Positions 13,029 through 25,275 of a DNA stretch of 64,000 nt are shown piece after piece. A program made the position numbers and the translations under genes. The first letter of the stretch is position 1; each line of letters begins with the position of its first letter. Location: NCBI GenBank assembly GCA_951406725.2, contig OX597814.1, forward strand, positions 141,918,001 to 141,982,000, read 5' to 3'. This DNA is from Octopus vulgaris (Eukaryota). A model generated the notes under the pieces. It did no database searches and was not told the origin of the DNA. It saw only the letters and a program-made list of their open reading frames with translations.

Positions 13029-15248
13029 GTATGTAAATTATTTCCTAATTAAGAAAAAGAAAAAGGTTTTTTTTCTCTCTTTTTGATGTCTTTGCAGAAT
13101 TGTCTGTTGATTGAAATTAATTTTCTCTAGCTGTATTTAATTTATTCTGAAGATAGTCCATGTTTTAAAAGAAAGACTGGGTGGGGAAAAAAGTATCAAT
13201 GTTTTTAAAATATAACTTCAATAAGCAGATTAATGAACAAAATTTTAAATATTGCTCTATTTAACGTCCATCATTTTCAACCTATTTTCACTTGAAAGTA
13301 AAATTATTATTGCTGTTACGACTGTACTGCTTTCAATTTTTTTTTTCTAAATTTTCTATTGTATTAGTTTATATTACACTGTATTTATATGTCTATTTTT
13401 TTCTTCTTTTCTTTGTGCGTATCTTGTTCTCATTATGGTTAAAGATACCACTATTATCATTTTGTTTGTGTTTTCCTGTGTAAAATGCTGGAAATTGATT
13501 CAGTACTTCCAGGAGATATTTAAATTTCCTTTTCTACTGCAGGACTAATTTCTTCAGTTTTTTGTTGATATTTCATGTTCCAGTGGCGCCAAAACTTTTG
13601 CATTGAATATTTTAATTTCTTCACATTAATTTGGTTTTTGTTTTCTTGTAACACAAAATGTATTTGCTGTTGCTCATTTTATTTAGATTAAAAATTGTTA
13701 ATTATATCAATTAGAATTTCTATATTTATTGTAAATCAGTAGACTGTGGCTTGAAGCATTTAATTAAGTTCTGAGTTGAAATACTACAGATGACTTAAAT
13801 ATTTGGGATTGATAAAATAGTACTTTTTGCTTGTTTCAATCAGTGAACTGTGGCCATGTTGGGGCACTGCCTCAAAAAGTTTTTAATCAAACAGATCACC
13901 CTAGTATTTTTTTTTATAACATATTCTGTTGGTATCTTTTGCTGAATTTCTAAGTTATGGGGATGTAAACAAACCAACCCTGGTTGTCAACCAGTGTGTG
14001 TGTGTACACACATATATATGGCAGTCCTCCACACAGTTTCTGTCTACCAGATTCACTTACAAGGCATTAAGCAACCCAGGGCTATAGTAGAAGGTATTTG
14101 ACCAAAGTGAAACACAGTGGGACTGAACCTAAAGTCACATGGTTGCAAAGCAAGATTCTTAACCACATAGCCATGCCTGAAATATGAAATGTCCAAATAT
14201 TTGTAGTTGCTGATGACTTTCAATTTGACCTTTTTATCAGTTTAAAAATGGTGCTTGATATTTCAAGGTGCAGTAATTTAGTTAGGTAAGGAACCTTTGC
14301 ATCTTATGGTTACTGATATTTGCCTCAAAAATCTTGATTCCAAACAAAACATTTAGCTAAACAATTCTTCCACAATTTTTTAAAGGTTGGGTCATTTGCT
14401 TCCCTTTTACCTTTAGTTAATTTTTTTTTTTGTCCTTACTCTTCTGAACTAGATTAACCAGTAACAGCAAATCAACTATCTTTGACATCATCATTCTCAC
14501 AATTTGGCAACTTCGAGCTAGTTGTTTAGTTCCATGTAAACCTTGGTTAAACACAACTATGGTCCAAGGTATTTCACTTATGACCATTCCTTCTGTTCAG
14601 AAGTATATCAAAGTCTACATTAACTAATACATCTTGTCTTTATCTAAGACAAAAGTTGTATTTGAGGGAAATTTGACTGTTACTTCTAGCTGTTTGAGTG
14701 ATCACGCAGGAAGCTTCCTTATTGGCTCAATGCCAAAAAAAAAGTTTAATATTTTGATGGGTGCTTATGTCAGTGTACAAGACCTTTTGTGAGTCCTAAT
14801 TTTTTTAAGATATGGTGTGATGTGAGGGAAATTTGATTGCGCTTTCTACTATGTCAACTGACCATGCAGAAGCTCTCTTGTCTATAGATTGTTGAATGTT
14901 ATAGTGAAGAAGATATAAATTTTCTTTGATCCTTGAGATCACAAAATTCCCCTGAATCCATTGCAGAGTTCAAGGCCAGTAATTTTATGGGGAGGGGGCA
15001 AATAATTATACTGAGGACTTGACTGTCACTTTATTTTATCGACCACCAAAGGAATGAAAGGTAAAGTTGACTTTGGCAGTATTTGAACTCAGAACCATAA
15101 ACAGCTGGAAGAAAGGCTGCTTAGCATTTTATCCGACATACTAATGATTTTGCCAGCTGGGTGTATATCTTGTATTTTATAACATATGGTGGTGAAATGA
15201 AGGAGTTAAGAAAGCTATTAATTTTTATGAAATTGTTTGTCCTTGCAG

Positions 15249-15348
15249 GCACTATGTTACCCTTCACTTCGACAGCTGTTAACCAACACATTGTTTATTC
15301 TGCTCTCTATTACCAAAACTGTGCCTAACTGGTTAGGATGGATGTTTG
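15249..15348 (+). CDS. raw: Raw-like exon, hydrophobic segment (ALCYPSLRQLLTNTLFILLSITKTVPNWLGWMF)
   Basis: ccttgcAG acceptor, G|GTAAGT donor; 100 nt, phase 0-1, matching the phase needed by the next exon. Confidence 0.75.
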
Positions 15349-15464
15349 GTAAGTTGTTCTAACAAGTTCAATTGATGTTTCTATTATTTGCTGGCTACAT
15401 CTGTCAACTTCTAAACACATATTCTCTCTGTCTCTCTCTCTAAACTTTTGAAAAAAACGTTTAA

Positions 15465-15649
15465 CCTTATTGTTACCAACCCAGCTGAAACTGCCTCTGG
15501 CTCTGTAGTACAAATGACTTGTTTTCATAAGTTTTGAATTAAAATCTTCCACCAAACCTTTGTTGCAATTTATGTTCCTAACATCAGCTTAATAACTAAG
15601 TTGTTTTACTAAATGCTGTGTTATATTTAAAATTACGGTAACAAAAGGG
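15465..15649. mobile_element. piggyBac-type MITE, opposite orientation to 5181 copy
   Basis: TTAA flanks, degenerate CC.T..TGTTACC / GGTAACAAAAGGG TIRs, shared internal sequence. Confidence 0.75.
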
Positions 15650-15866
15650 TTAACTAACAAATGGGAATTGTTAAACACACACACACACACACACAGCGCC
15701 AATTAAATGTGAAAATTTCCTCTATATTGTATTGCTGATATGTCATTAACTCCTCTTCTATCTTTCTGCTCCATGATGTCTTACTTAACCAAACCTGCTT
15801 TCTCATTGTGTTGCCACTCATCTGGATTTGTGTTCATTGCTCTTTTTCTCTCTCGTGCCATTCTAG

Positions 15867-15978
15867 GAAGAAATTCAGCTTTAAAGTCAAAACAGGTAGA
15901 GAAAAAGTACGATTTTTACCTCGGTGGTAGTTACAAAAGTCAAAACTGGAGAGAAGACATTGTTTTACCAATTCTCAG
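15867..15978 (+). CDS. raw: Raw-like exon, start of NDT-like repeat (GRNSALKSKQVEKKYDFYLGGSYKSQNWREDIVLPIL)
   Basis: ttctAG acceptor, AG|GTAAGT donor; YDxYLGGS....WR.....P.L motif of the Raw / nucleoside 2-deoxyribosyltransferase-like family. Confidence 0.88.
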
Positions 15979-17297
15979 GTAAGTGTATTCTTGTAAACAT
16001 CTATTAATTGAAACGTTTCAAATATTCACATATTTGCATGCATAATTGTTTTTAAAATATGAAATATCAAGAGGTGCAGGTGTGGCTGTGTGCATAAGAA
16101 GTTTGCTTCTTAACAACATGGACTTGGGTTCAGTCCCATTGTGTGACACCTTGAGCAAGTGTCTTGTACTATAGCCTTGGACTGACCAAAGCCTTGTGGT
16201 GGATTTGGTTGATGGAAACTAAAAGAAACCCATCTGTGTTTATGTGTATTCTACTGTCTCCTAGACTTGTAAATGGATATCACCATCATGCAGGCAGTGT
16301 CCTTTGTTTCTAATCTTCTATAAAAAAAAAAAAAAAAAGTCAGGTCATAGAGAAATGTTACTTTATTTAGAAACAGGCAAGGATTGGCAACAGGAAGGGC
16401 ATCCTGTTGTCTGTCTGTCTGAATGAAACAAGCTTGGAAAAGTGGGTATTAAATGATGAAATATGTCATTTTTAAGTATTGTTGTTAATTAACATCTATT
16501 TAACCTATTATTTCATATCAACTTGCTTATTCAGACAGAAGTGAACACAATAATTATATGCTATTAAAGTAACCCTTTTGTTACCAACTTGCTTGAAACT
16601 ACTACTGGTTCTATGATACAAACCTCCTGTTTTAAAGTGTTCTAAATTAAAACCTTCCATCAAAATTTCATGTTAATTCATGTTCCAAGCTTAAGCACCA
16701 GCTTGAGTTATTTTTCTAAATTTTTTGCTACTCTCAAAACTGAAACAAAGGCAAGGTACTCAGAGATATAGTTAAAAAAAAAAAAGGTTAATGTTTACTA
16801 CAGATGTTTCATTGTATATTTAGATAGCACACTTTAGTCTACATATTTCTGTTCACTTAACTGTTGATAACTGGCATCAGAGCTTTTGGGTATAATAGCT
16901 GCAATTGACAGGCTTTCTGCCCAGAGATTTCTCTCCTCCATTTCATCTGACTAATTAAACTCCTCTAAATGGATATGTAAAGCTGTCAAACCAAGGCTAT
17001 GTATTAGTCTTGTTTCTTGAGCCTTCTAGAGGTATTTTTTTACTATATTTAACTATATTCCCTATTATGTGGTATTTTTATGAAGCATTACTACAGTAAA
17101 ACAGATGACTGTCATAAAAGTTGGCTGTACAAGATCATCATCAGCAGAAAAATACACAAGTTTATGATAAAATAACAGGATAAAAGGAAAAAGAAACTTC
17201 ATTATATAGATTCATGGAAACAAAGTAATTATTTACAAAATTATGCTTCACAAAAATATTGTGATGGTTTAAAGTGTTGAATTTGGTTATTCTATAC

Positions 17298-17950
17298 AAG
17301 TGGTTCTCAGCCAGGGTACATACAAGATTTTTGGGGGTCCACACAAAGTGGTTAGAGATCCACAGTAGTATTTTAAGGGCTCCTGAAAAAATTTTGCTTT
17401 AACCCTTTCATTACCAACCCGGCTGAAACCGGCTCTGGCTCTTTAGCACAAATGTCTTGTTTTCAAAAGTTCTGAATTAAAATCTTCTGTCAAACCTTAG
17501 TCACAAGTTATGTTCCTAACACTAGCTTAACGATAACTAAGTCATTTTACTAATTTCTTTGCTATATCAAAAATAACTGAAAGAAAAACAGAGCATCTCA
17601 AAATAAATACAGTAATGAAAGGGTTAAATGTATGTATTTGTCTGTATTGCAAGAAACAGCTAGATTTCTTTCTCAAATGTTTTACATAGTTCAACCTACA
17701 CAGGTTAATGTATGAAAAACAAAATAGGCATTTTGAAAGAAGTTTCTATAAAACTAGTTTTTAAAATATATTTTGGGATGGTCATTTTTTTCTTCTTTAC
17801 CTTTTCTCAAAATATAACAATGTTTCAACAATGATTTCACTTCAAGAATCTTGCAAAACAAATACGTAAACATAGTTTTGAAACAATGAATGGCTATGTA
17901 GGTTCACCAGAATAAAATAATCAAGGGGGTCCATAGGTTAAGAACCCTTA
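17298..17950. mobile_element. hAT (Charlie-like) MITE containing a nested piggyBac MITE
   Basis: TIRs agtggttctcagcc / ggttaagaaccctt; TTCTATAC direct repeat on both sides. Confidence 0.7.
17403..17623. mobile_element. piggyBac-type MITE nested in hAT MITE
   Basis: TTAA|CCCTTTCATTAC ... GTAATGAAAGGG|TTAA, perfect 12-bp TIR. Confidence 0.9.
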
Positions 17951-20436
17951 TTCTATACTCTGTCAGTAGGTAATTATTATTTAAGATTTGGTGTTAGAGA
18001 TGTGTAACCTAGATTGACCCTTTCCAAATCTCAGTGCTCTTAGGGCCAATTTTTCCAATATCTTTTTTTTTAAGGGTCAGTTTATTCAGTAGTTTTTTAA
18101 TATCTTTGTGCTGCCAATGTAATATGAATGTGTGAAAATGAAATTTGGCTGCTATTTTTAGCAGATCAAGTAACTGTAGAGGGGGCCCTTTATTGGTTTG
18201 TGGTGAGGGTATAGTTGATGGAAAACAATGTATGATGATGTAATGAATGAATATTTTCTGTCTCTGACTGCTTTTGTCTTTGTATCATTACCATGTCTAA
18301 CAACGATAGCAATAAACTTTGGACAAATCTCATAATTCTCCTCTCCTCAGTCCAGTTGACTGTAAATAGATGCTACTATCATAGTTGCAGTAGAAATAGC
18401 ATCTACATAAGGACACATGCACTGATTAAACATCCTCTATACCAATCTCACCGGTCTCAGAAACCCAGTAAAAACTTTGAACTGCCCCTCCCCCTTCTCC
18501 TTTCTGTTAAACCATAAGAAAACATCAAGGTTCTCTAAAAGAAATGGATGTGAATCTCCATTATATATTTAGTCTGTTCTTGAGATACCATGTAATTACT
18601 AATGTAATTAATTAGTGCTGTGGAGCTTAGTCAGCATATTTTTAATTAAATATTTAACATCTTTTTCGCATCGCATATCCATGTAAATTAAAGACAGAAA
18701 AACAACCACCACACACACACACACACACATACATACACTCACACCCTTTTGTTTTAAAGTTCTTCTCAATGACAATAATTGATTTCGACAAGATTTAATT
18801 AAATTGATATTGTTTTTATTTGCATATTTGTAATTTTTCTTACATCTTCGACAAAAAAGAACTTCTTGAAAGCACGTTCTTAATTTCATCATTATCAACA
18901 CTGTCACTCTATCCCCACCACCATCATTAAACCAACACCACCACCACCAATGTGATGTCTTCAATACATCACCAATACCACCACCATCATTATCTCACCA
19001 TTTCTCGGCCAAACCAATCAAACTTGCAATAAACAATAGATTGGATTATTTAAACTGTTTCATCCATCACAATTTCTCACACTTGCAGGATAACTTTTAA
19101 TGATATTTACTGTTGAATTTGGCAGTTGATACACCATACTGGTGATCCAGTTTCATCTCTTTTGTAAATTGTTACTACCAAATTCTTCACATTTGTTTCT
19201 AGAAAAATATGTATGTGATGTTGTCTTTGCGTATATCACCATCGTCACCATTTAACATCCGCTCTCCATGCTCAAGTGGTACTTTTCACATGCTACCAGC
19301 ATGGGTGCCAGTCAGGCAGCATTAGCATTGGCCACACTCACCTAGTGCTTTTCATGTGCCACCAGCACAGGTGCCAGTCAGGTAACATCTGTTGGACAGT
19401 TTGACTGAAGAATGGCGAGCCACGAGACTGCACCAAGCTCCAATCTGATTTGGTAAGGTTTCTACAGCTGGATGCCCTTCCTAATGCCAACTACTCCTAG
19501 AGTGTAGTGGGTGCTTTTTACATGCCACTAGCACAGGAGCCAATCAGGCAACATTGGCATCGACCATGCTTGGATGGTGCTCTTTACGTGCCACCAGCAC
19601 AGGAGCCAGTTGGGGGCCACTGAATTGTATAAAAAAAACTGTATTGCAGAAGTGTAACCAATTTATTGCAGTTAAATTTTAACAATCTTATTTGGACCCC
19701 CAAGGGTCATATCGACCCCAGTTGAGAACTACTACTATATGCAAAACAATGTCTGTGATTTATTGGAAAAGAGGTGTTGGCTGCTATTTCTAGCAGGCTG
19801 AATGACAGCATAGGGGGTTACTGTTGGGGACACTGGAGGGAAATGTGTTGGATGTGTTCTGTGAAGTCTGTGATTTAGGTTCCCCCCACCCCCTTGTTAT
19901 TTTAGTTAGGAGGGAAGGTGATGCTCATAACTCTTAAGACAGTTGGGATGAGTTGTCTGTGAGAACCTGGCCTGAATTCTTGTAACCAAGTGGAATCTGC
20001 TAAAGCAGTCTAGAAGCCACATTGTGGGGATTTTAAACTAGGTGATGGATTAAGTATATCACTCAAGTGGGCTTTGAACACAACACAGAGCTAAAACAAA
20101 TACCACAAGGTATTTGGTCCCACATTCTTACAGTTCTGCCAGCCCACCGCCCTCAACTGGTACTTTATTTTTTTTATTTTATTGACCCCCAAAAAATAAA
20201 AAAAAGTTGAAGTTGACAGGACTTGAACTCGGTGCACAGAGCATTATATTTCATGTGCTGTAGACATAACTGTACTAGCATTGACATGTTATATGCTGGT
20301 TGAAGAAATGCATTGTCAGCACATTTTTTGTTTTAATTGCTATTGTTAATGTCTCTGTATATAAATTGTTGGTTCATTTATGCTTAATGCTAAACAGTAT
20401 GCAACAGCCTAAATATTTATTTTCTCTCTTTCACAG

Positions 20437-20581
20437 GGAACATAACTGCTCCTCTACATTTTCTCAGAATGGAGTATGGAGTTGGGAAACCAGTTCGTTA
20501 AACAATGCTCTGCATGATGAGTGTCAACTATTGCTCTATGTTATTACCTCAGATGTCTGTGCTCTAACTTACATGATTCAG
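20437..20581 (+). CDS. raw: Raw-like exon (REHNCSSTFSQNGVWSWETSSLNNALHDECQLLLYVITSDVCALTYMIQ)
   Basis: tttcacAG acceptor, CAG|GTAAAT donor; 145 nt, phase 2-0; C..LLYVIT strand motif. Confidence 0.85.
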
Positions 20582-21225
20582 GTAAATTTTGTTTGCTCAT
20601 CTGTTTTGCTTTCCATTTTATCCATGAGGGTGCAGAGTTGACATAAGCACACATGGTTATGTGGTTAAGAAGTTTAATTTGCAACTACATGGTTTTGGGT
20701 GCTTTCTGTTTCCTCTGGCTGACTAATGCTTTGTCAGAACAGAAACTGCTGAAAGCCTTTGTGTACAGGTGTGTATGCATGTGTGCATTTCTGTATATGT
20801 GCTTCTCTGAAAATTTCTGAAATAAGAATGGTGATGTTGTCATTTCCTGTTAACAAATAGTCGGCTGGTCTTGTACCTTCAAAGACATGTGGAATAAAAA
20901 AAGAAAAAAAGCAAGTGAGGATTATTGACAAGAAGGGCTTCTAATTGTAAGCCACTTCCACAATATATTCATCTAACTCATGCTTGTATGGAAAATCAAC
21001 AAAAGCAAATATTAAGTAGGCAGGTCATCATCATCATTGAATGTCTGTTTCTCATGCTGGCATGGGTTGGACAGTTTGACAGGCGTTGGCCAACCAGAGA
21101 GCTTCCCTGGCTCCAGTGCCTTTTGACATAGTTTTCTACAGTTGGATGCCTTTCCTAATGCCAACCACTTCCTGGAATGTACTGGGTGCTTTATTATGTG
21201 GCACTGGCATGGAGGCAGGTATATA

Positions 21226-21270
<45 letters not shown>

Positions 21271-22593
21271 CTCTTTCATTGATGTATATCAGTGAAGGAT
21301 ATAAAAACTGGAGAGAAAACAAAAATTTTTGCTTTCATGTAAGCAAATTTCCTTGTGATATTTTTTCTGCACCAAGTTAGTTACTTCCTTTGTTACATTG
21401 AGTCACAAGTATTGAACTAGCGATTGACCTATTTGGATACATAGCCAACAACACAATGGTTCACAAACCAATAAATAAAATAACAAAAAAAAAAACCACC
21501 ACAATATTTCTTCTGTTGTATTTCCTTGGTTATTAACTGGTCTAATTTTATCTATAGTTCACACACATTCATTCTCACACTGCAATAGCATACTTTTTAA
21601 TTATTACTTCATACTGTTAGCTATTTTTTTTTTCATTCATGGAGGCAAAGTTGCCGAGTTCCTCTCGAGTGTTGGACTTCAAGGAGGCAAAGTGGCAGAG
21701 TTCCTTTTGAGTGGCCTCACAAAGGCAATGACCAAGGCCTTTGGCATTATGTCCTGCTTGAGAAGATCCATCAAGCCGAGCAAAATCATGGTCACGGCAG
21801 ATACTGGTGTCATGCAAATTGGTACCCATGCGGTGACACGTACAAGCACCCATTACACTCTAGTGTAATAGGAGTGGTTGGCATTAGGAAGGGCATCCAG
21901 CCATAGAAAGCTGTGCCAAATCAGACTGGAGCCTGGTATAGCCTTCCAGCGTGCCAGCCCAGTCAAACCATCCAGCCCATGCCAGCATGGACAACAGACA
22001 TTAAATGATGATGTTGATGATGATTGTAATCTTGGACAATAGTGATCTACTTCTGTCATTATACTATTGCTATCCACTCACAACATCGCCACCGCCACCA
22101 CTACTACTATTATTCTCTTTCTCTCTCCTCATTCGGGTTATGATGTGATAGTCTCTCTATCAAAACAGAGGTAGAGAGAAAAATACCAACCAGATTATTG
22201 TCATTCATGGAGAGAGAGAGAGACCGTGATTATTTTGCTTAGTATTTTATAACATTCAGTGCAATACCAATTCTGTTTTTGTTACATGTTTGTCAATAAA
22301 TGAGAATTGGTTTTCCAGGCAGAGAATGTCTATCACCTCAAGAGTTTCTTATTTTCGTCCTTGACCAGCCAAGCAGCTGTTTATTATTCAAGATGTTATT
22401 TCTTGTTGTTTAAATCCCCCTTCCCCACCCCACCAGGTTAAACCTGATTGAGCAGATCTATGATCAAAGGTATTTCAGCTATAACCATGCCATTCTATAC
22501 CTACCATTTCCCCCTTTCATTTTAAGTACCAGCCTAAGAACAGGAGAATGACAATTTATGGTATTGACATACTGCTTAACTAAAGAAATATAC

Positions 22594-23095
22594 ATTTCTA
22601 CTCTAGGCACAAGGCCCGAAATTTTGGGGGAGGGGGGCTAGCCAATTAGATCGACTGCAGTACGCAATTGGTACTTAATTTATCGACTCCGAAAGGATGA
22701 AAGGCAAAGTTGACCTCGGAGGAATTTGAAAGACAGACGAAATATCGCAAAGCATTTCGCCCGGCGTGCTAACGTTTCTGTCAGCTTGGCGCCTTAAAAT
22801 ATTATTTTCTACTCTAGGTACAAGACCTGAAATATTGCTTTGTTCCTAAATCAGAAATAATTATTATTCGTAGTAGTAAGGAAGCGAGCTGGCAGAATCA
22901 TTAGCATACCGGTGGAAAATGCTTTGTGACATTGCATACAATTTTAGGTTCTGAGCTCAAATTCCACTGAGGTCAACCTTGCCTTACGTCCTTTCAGGGT
23001 CGACTAAAATAAGTACCAGTTGAGCGCTGGCGTTAATATAATCAACTTACTCTCTCCATTAAACTTGCTGGCCTTGTACCAAAGCTTGAAATTAA
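22594..23095. mobile_element. Two oppositely oriented SINE family B copies (~22594-22797 minus, ~22880-23095 plus)
   Basis: Family consensus on both strands. Confidence 0.85.
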
Positions 23096-23184
23096 TGTTA
23101 ATAAAACTTACATTCACAATTCTTTTGCTCTCTTCGAAAAAAGTAAATACCTTATTGTTTTGTCTCTTCTCACTCTTTTATTAG

Positions 23185-23274
23185 GCTGCTTATTACATTG
23201 GTCAGGGATATCGAGTTGTATTGTGTCTTCAGATGATTCCAGAAGAAACAAGCACCCTTTTCCAAGGAGAGAAG
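23185..23274 (+). CDS. raw: Raw-like exon (AAYYIGQGYRVVLCLQMIPEETSTLFQGEK)
   Basis: ttattAG acceptor, AAG|GTAAGT donor; 90 nt, phase 0-0; AAYYIG.G..VVLC.Q motif. Confidence 0.9.
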
Positions 23275-23321
23275 GTAAGTAATCCAAACTTATGTTATTT
23301 CCTAAATTTAACCTCTTTTAA

Positions 23322-23530
23322 CCCAGGTTAACCCCGTCGAAATTTTGATAGTTATATAAAGAGGGATAACAAACATACGGAAGCGTCCAGTTTACCTTTA
23401 TTGCAGTAAATAAACCAAATACAATGGGTAAATAAATATAGCAAGCACTATTTTGCGTTCGGTTAGCCTTTATTGCAGTAAACAAACCAAATACAACTGT
23501 CCGCAAACGAGGACAGTGGGTTAAAATGGG
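23322..23530. mobile_element. Second TTAA-targeting (piggyBac-like) MITE with an internal direct repeat
   Basis: TTAA|CCCAGGTTAACCC ... GGGTTAAAATGGG|TTAA; ctttattgcagtaaa.aaaccaaatacaa occurs twice. Confidence 0.65.
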
Positions 23531-23659
23531 TTAAGGATATTCATTTGCAATAAGTATTTATTTTGGATGGTCTCGCTCCACTTCTCTCTAAAGTATACGA
23601 AAATAAACATTACTTTCCATCTTACACTGTTTTGTTTCATCTTGAAACATAATTTATTT

Positions 23660-23692
<33 letters not shown>

Positions 23693-24288
23693 TATCCCGA
23701 ATTACATAAATATGGGGGCACCAAAATCTTAAGTAACTAGGGCCTCTATGGGTCTTAATCCGGCCCTTGATCACATGATACATGATACCCAGTGTCCATC
23801 AACCTCGGTAGCGACATGTCTCTACATTTATATACCAATATCTGTACTTTTTATTTCCTGTGACAAAGAAGTTTGAGTTAATATTCTATGGTTTGATAAA
23901 TAATACTTGTCTATTAATTCTTTGGTGTGTTTGTGGAAACTTTGAAACTAAATTTACACTTGCAAAGGTAGAATGTGTATGTGTGAGGGGGACATTTGTA
24001 CATCTTATCTATTTCCCTTTAGTTTTTACTTCGAATAGTTATCTTTCTATACAACGAGAACGTTAACAACACTATCAATAGTAGTAATGGTGGGCGGATA
24101 ATTTTCTTAATATCACTTTCTGTATTAAATAAATATTTAATATTTTAAGAATATTCATTTGCAAAAAGTATTTATTTTGGTTGGTCTCCCTCCGTCCGTC
24201 TGTCCTTCCCTTCTTCTCTCTTGCTCCATACAAAAATAAATATTACTTTCCATCTCACTCTGTTTTTCTTTCCTATGTTTATATTCAG

Positions 24289-24462
24289 ATTGATGAGCAA
24301 GCATTACAAGACTACAATCGGGGCCGATCCTACCTCCGTGATATTGCCGAGCGGGAGAACGTTGCTGTATTCAGTGACATTAAGGAAGCGGTGCTGCACG
24401 CTGTTCAAATCATCAAACCGTCTCCGCCAACCCTCGTCATGACAGAGAAGGTTACCATCTAA
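24289..24462 (+). CDS. raw: Raw-like terminal coding exon (IDEQALQDYNRGRSYLRDIAERENVAVFSDIKEAVLHAVQIIKPSPPTLVMTEKVTI*)
   Basis: attcAG acceptor, TAA at 24460-62; DYNRGR.YL.D.A.R....VF..I.EA motif characteristic of Raw/OLRN-1. Confidence 0.9.
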   Translation: MDEQALQDYNRGRSYLRDIAERENVAVFSDIKEAVLHAVQIIKPSPPTLVMTEKVTI

Positions 24463-25221
24463 GGGAGACAACTCCCAAACACTCGCTCACTTCATTCACC
24501 TACATACTCTACCACACTCCTCCCTGCTCACTCCTCACTCCGCTCACTCACTCGTTCGCATAACACACTCGTTCACACTTTCATTCAATCCCCATTCCAT
24601 TGAAAGAAAAAAGAAATTTTTAAAAACTTATACATAATAACTGAAAATAAAAGAAACAAAAAAAAACAAATGAAAGTAAATAGAAATTTTGACTGGCGTG
24701 CTGCTGTTCTGTTGGTTGATGTATTCAATAAGAATGTGCTGTGTTTCCCCTGTCTGCCTCTTATTTTAATTATTGGTGCAATGTGTATATACACATATAT
24801 ACTCCATGTCATTTGTACTGATGTTATTTATTCTTTCCATCTCATTGGACATTTTAGAAGTGAATTATGAATGATTTTAATGGTGATTTTCCTTTTTTTT
24901 CTTTAAATTATTTTTCCTTGATTAATTTTTTTTTCATGAACTTAAATACATATTTTGATGGAAAACATTAATCTAATCATTATTTGCTGTCTTTTTTAAT
25001 ATTTTTTTTTTTTTTTAAGATTCTAAATTCATACTCATATTTCATCAGTATCCTTAACAGATTTTAATCTTGCAACAGTTATAAAAATTTTAAAAAAAAC
25101 TATTTTTCCCTAGTAATCCTTTTTTACATTTTAGCTAGGATAAGTAATTAATGAATATATATTTTTAATAATTTCTCTTTTAAATACAGTTCATCTTTTA
25201 GCATAAAAATCATATATAAAC

Positions 25222-25275
<54 letters not shown>

